Source: Bacteroidaceae bacterium (GTDB taxonomy: Bacteria; Bacteroidota; Bacteroidia; Bacteroidales; Bacteroidaceae). From it: 64,000 nt of DNA. A model generated the notes under the pieces. It did not search any database, was not told the DNA's origin, and saw only the letters and a list, made by a program, of their open reading frames with translations. Below, one piece after another: positions 61,504 through 64,000 of the stretch. The stretch lies in NCBI GenBank assembly GCA_024401165.1, contig JAKSLN010000001.1, forward strand, positions 1,446 through 65,445, read 5' to 3'. Within the stretch, counting starts at the first letter, position 1; each line of letters begins with the position of its first letter. Both the position numbers and the translations under genes were made by a program.

Positions 61504-62814
61504 TTACTGTTCCAAATCGGTGGAGAGGCTACCGGTGACATCAACCCAGGGGGTGAGGGTTGCCGTGAAGGTTATCTCGAGTTTGTCTTCAATACCGGAG
61601 ATGATGAGGTAGTAGGTGTGGATGCAGCCAGAGATCCAGTTGAACTTATCTTGGATATCGCCGTTCTCTAACTCCAACTTCACGGGGATATTCGTGAAGG
61701 TCTTATACGCGGAGCTGTCAACAGCTTTCTTGTAGAGCTCGAAGCTGACATAGAGCTGTACGCCTTCCTGGGGTATCTGCTTGATGCCACCGGGGCATTG
61801 CAGCCAGTATGCAGATGAGCGGCTCTGGTGCTTGGAGAGGTCGTTGCCTTCAACACTCTTTCCGCCATTGAAGGTGAGGAGAGGGGTGTGGGTTGTAGGA
61901 AGCTGAACCTTGGTAAGTCCAGTGAAACCAGAGGTGCCAGAACCAACGTACCAACTGAAATTGGGATCAGTAGCGACAGATGGCGCAGTACCTGTGGCGG
62001 TGTAACCTGTTGCTGCCTTGACGAAGTCGGTAGAGCAGGCGCTGACAACCAGATCCTTGATATAGAGGGGATTGGCCGTTGCCCAGGGCGAGGTACAATA
62101 CACCGCGAAGCGTACCTTGGAATTGACATGGTGGAAGGGTAGCGAGACATAGCGGTTGAGCGTTTGGCTAACCTTATTTATCTCGTTATCTGTTCCACTG
62201 ACGAACATGTCGTAGTCGCGACCATCCTCGTTGCGCTGCACCTGTGCTACAATGTAGGGCTCGGCATTTGTAGGCGTCACTACACCATTCGTGACTGTCT
62301 GCATATAGTAAGGTGCTATGATAGTCAGCGTCTTGTCACCTATCGTAACTGTATGCCCATCAGAGGGATAGGGTGCTACGGCATGGAATCGGTATGGGAA
62401 GCTGGCATAGTCCCAGTACTTCTCCGACTGTCCGCTGACGGTCGTATAGTCCCAGAAGGGACGTTCAGTACCATCCCAGGCAGTGCCGGAGGTCTTGTAC
62501 TCCACCTTATAGCCGTTCATGACCGTCTGCTGAGTGGTAAAACCATGGGCTTTGAAGGTGGAAACGGCAAACCCCGTTGTTAGACTCTGTGAAGCGCGGG
62601 TGACGTGTTCCTTCTCGTTCTCCTGCATCTGGCAAGTGAAGGTAAGGGCATCCACGCTCGTGGGTTCGATCTCGGGAATGTCCTCCAGCGTGGTACTGCT
62701 CGTACATGACATACACATCGGCACGGCGAAGCCTGCCAACGTCATGAAGACATTGACAAGTTTTCGCGTGCGTGTAATATTAAATAATGTACGTGCGTGC
62801 ATAGCCATGGACAT
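61504..62814 (-). CDS. Fimbrillin-family lipoprotein (436 aa)
   Basis: FAVPMCMSC|TSS, EHVTR|ASQS, LPFHHVNSKVRFAV, TATLTPWVDVTG. Confidence 0.7.
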   Translation of the reverse strand: MSMAMHARTLFNITRTRKLVNVFMTLAGFAVPMCMSCTSSTTLEDIPEIEPTSVDALTFTCQMQENEKEHVTRASQSLTTGFAVSTFKAHGFTTQQTVMNGYKVEYKTSGTAWDGTERPFWDYTTVSGQSEKYWDYASFPYRFHAVAPYPSDGHTVTIGDKTLTIIAPYYMQTVTNGVVTPTNAEPYIVAQVQRNEDGRDYDMFVSGTDNEINKVSQTLNRYVSLPFHHVNSKVRFAVYCTSPWATANPLYIKDLVVSACSTDFVKAATGYTATGTAPSVATDPNFSWYVGSGTSGFTGLTKVQLPTTHTPLLTFNGGKSVEGNDLSKHQSRSSAYWLQCPGGIKQIPQEGVQLYVSFELYKKAVDSSAYKTFTNIPVKLELENGDIQDKFNWISGCIHTYYLIISGIEDKLEITFTATLTPWVDVTGSLSTDLEQ

Positions 62815-62831
62815 TTTCAGTATGTACCGAA

Positions 62832-64000
62832 TTATTGGTAAGTGGTAGTTTCAGGAGAGATGATGTGCTCTGAAGTACTCTCGGTGTAATCCACAATTGT
62901 AGCTCCATCGAAAACGATGGGGAAGAGTGACTTCTTTGTACTGGGGGTAGGATCTGTAGGATCGTAGGCAACAGTGGGTGTAGGATCGGTAGAACCCGTA
63001 GAGTTCTTGGTAATCTTGAAGGTGTAGATGTAACGAGTGTTAGCCTGCCATGCCGTGATGTATTCCGTTGTACCACCAGTTGTTTGAGAAGCAGGTACGA
63101 ATACGGTTGCATTGTGTACGGTTGTTACCTCCTTGTTGTCATCAGCAATGATGCGATAGGTAACATGGAAGGTGAAGCCGGTGGCTGAATTCGTAGGCTG
63201 AGCAACGGGATAGTAAATGGTGGGTGACCAAGCGTAGTTCTGTTGTGCAGTGGTTGCTGCTACCTCAGGGATTACGTAGTGAGTTGTTGTAGCAGACTGA
63301 GTGTTGTCAATCTTTGTCCAGTTCTTATTTTCAACAGAACCGAAACCATCAGGAACTTTTGCAGTTGAATACTTTGTTGCATCTGTAGTAGGAGCATGGA
63401 ACATCAGGTTGTCCTGAGTTGTCTTGGCCATGACTGTTGCAGTTGCATCAGTAGGATAAGCAAACTCAAATGAGGGAACGCCATCGGCAAAGTTAACTGT
63501 TGCACCAGAAGATGTATAATATGTACCTTTGGTGTATGATGGAGAACCAACAGTAGCAGGCGTAGCTTGAATACCAGTCTTCAGTTCAGTAGATGCATTA
63601 CCAAAATTACCATTGTCAGCAGAAAGGTCAACAATCTCAACCTTGTAACCAGGAACATCCTCATAGAAACGGATGAAGACCTGTGCGCCCAGATGCTTGA
63701 ATGGGATAGTTACGTCTGCTAAAGCAGAATTGGTTGCCTTATATCCACCCACCATGAATTCGGCCAGCGAACGGTCGAATGTACTATAATTGGAGTTTAC
63801 CGGATAATCATAACCATCTCGGATGACATTCGCAGCAAGTTTCATAGTTGCGCTACCGTCAGTAGCCATTGTTGTCTCTACACCAGTCTTCTGATATGGA
63901 GCATAGCAGTAGAAATACGTGTTGGTGTATGCCAAATCCCAGTAGCGAAGGTACTGATTTTGGTGAGCTGACATGTAAGCATTATCGGTCTTCTTATAGA
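62832..64000 (-). CDS. Fimbrillin-family protein, 5' end outside the window (partial)
   Basis: The reading frame stays open upstream of the ORF-track Met at 63974 to the window edge (...YKKTDNAYMSAHQ). IPFKHLGAQVFIRF motif. The stop lies 17 nt before the next gene. Confidence 0.6.
   Translation of the reverse strand, partial: YKKTDNAYMSAHQNQYLRYWDLAYTNTYFYCYAPYQKTGVETTMATDGSATMKLAANVIRDGYDYPVNSNYSTFDRSLAEFMVGGYKATNSALADVTIPFKHLGAQVFIRFYEDVPGYKVEIVDLSADNGNFGNASTELKTGIQATPATVGSPSYTKGTYYTSSGATVNFADGVPSFEFAYPTDATATVMAKTTQDNLMFHAPTTDATKYSTAKVPDGFGSVENKNWTKIDNTQSATTTHYVIPEVAATTAQQNYAWSPTIYYPVAQPTNSATGFTFHVTYRIIADDNKEVTTVHNATVFVPASQTTGGTTEYITAWQANTRYIYTFKITKNSTGSTDPTPTVAYDPTDPTPSTKKSLFPIVFDGATIVDYTESTSEHIISPETTTYQ

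Noticed and set aside
1-64000. tRNA, rRNA, tmRNA, integrase/transposase genes, and invertible-promoter inverted repeats near the pilus genes
   Set aside because: None could be recognised by eye in any intergenic region of the window. The 5' end of the pilus operon, where an inverton or regulator would be expected, lies beyond 64000.

Overview
This window looks like a Bacteroidota chromosome, probably Prevotella/Bacteroides-like. Supporting signs are lipoprotein fimbrillins, a T9SS C-terminal sorting domain, TAnnTTTG-type promoter boxes and no Shine-Dalgarno signals. All coordinates and motifs were read by eye from the sequence and the ORF track; nothing was searched against a database.

Layout:
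(1) 1-4.3 kb is an AT-rich remnant of a mobile element. It holds iteron-like repeats, an AEP-primase-like gene overlapping a VirE/VapE P-loop gene, and an orphan 388-aa gene.
(2) 4.3-33 kb holds core genes that are visibly richer in G+C:
- M3 peptidase Dcp and an FGGY sugar kinase.
- A complete L-galactose to D-tagaturonate to KDG operon (AKR dehydrogenase, amidohydrolase lactonase, Zn-ADH, UxaB, UxaA), interrupted by an AT-rich acyltransferase-3 gene.
- carB, a TrmH-family methyltransferase and glycerate kinase.
- A string of P-type Ca-ATPase, SDR and PD-(D/E)XK + SF1 helicase genes.
- A GH51 arabinofuranosidase, an FMN-binding protein and an MFS transporter.
(3) 33-64 kb runs off the right edge as one unbroken minus-strand array of 13 genes. 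Twelve are fimbrillin-family (type V pilus) lipoproteins, most of them 630-1050 aa. A 1410-aa beta-helix repeat protein with a T9SS sorting domain is embedded in the array and translationally coupled to the next fimbrillin.

The most interesting signal is this oversized pilus/adhesin super-operon. Secondary signals are:
- a family of composite intergenic repeats, one copy of which sits in frame inside uxaA;
- a 22-bp tandem array;
- a candidate sRNA;
- an SDR-helicase/nuclease coupled pair.

Many ORF-track entries begin at TTG/GTG and were trimmed to the first plausible ATG. Long antisense ORFs inside GC-rich genes were rejected.
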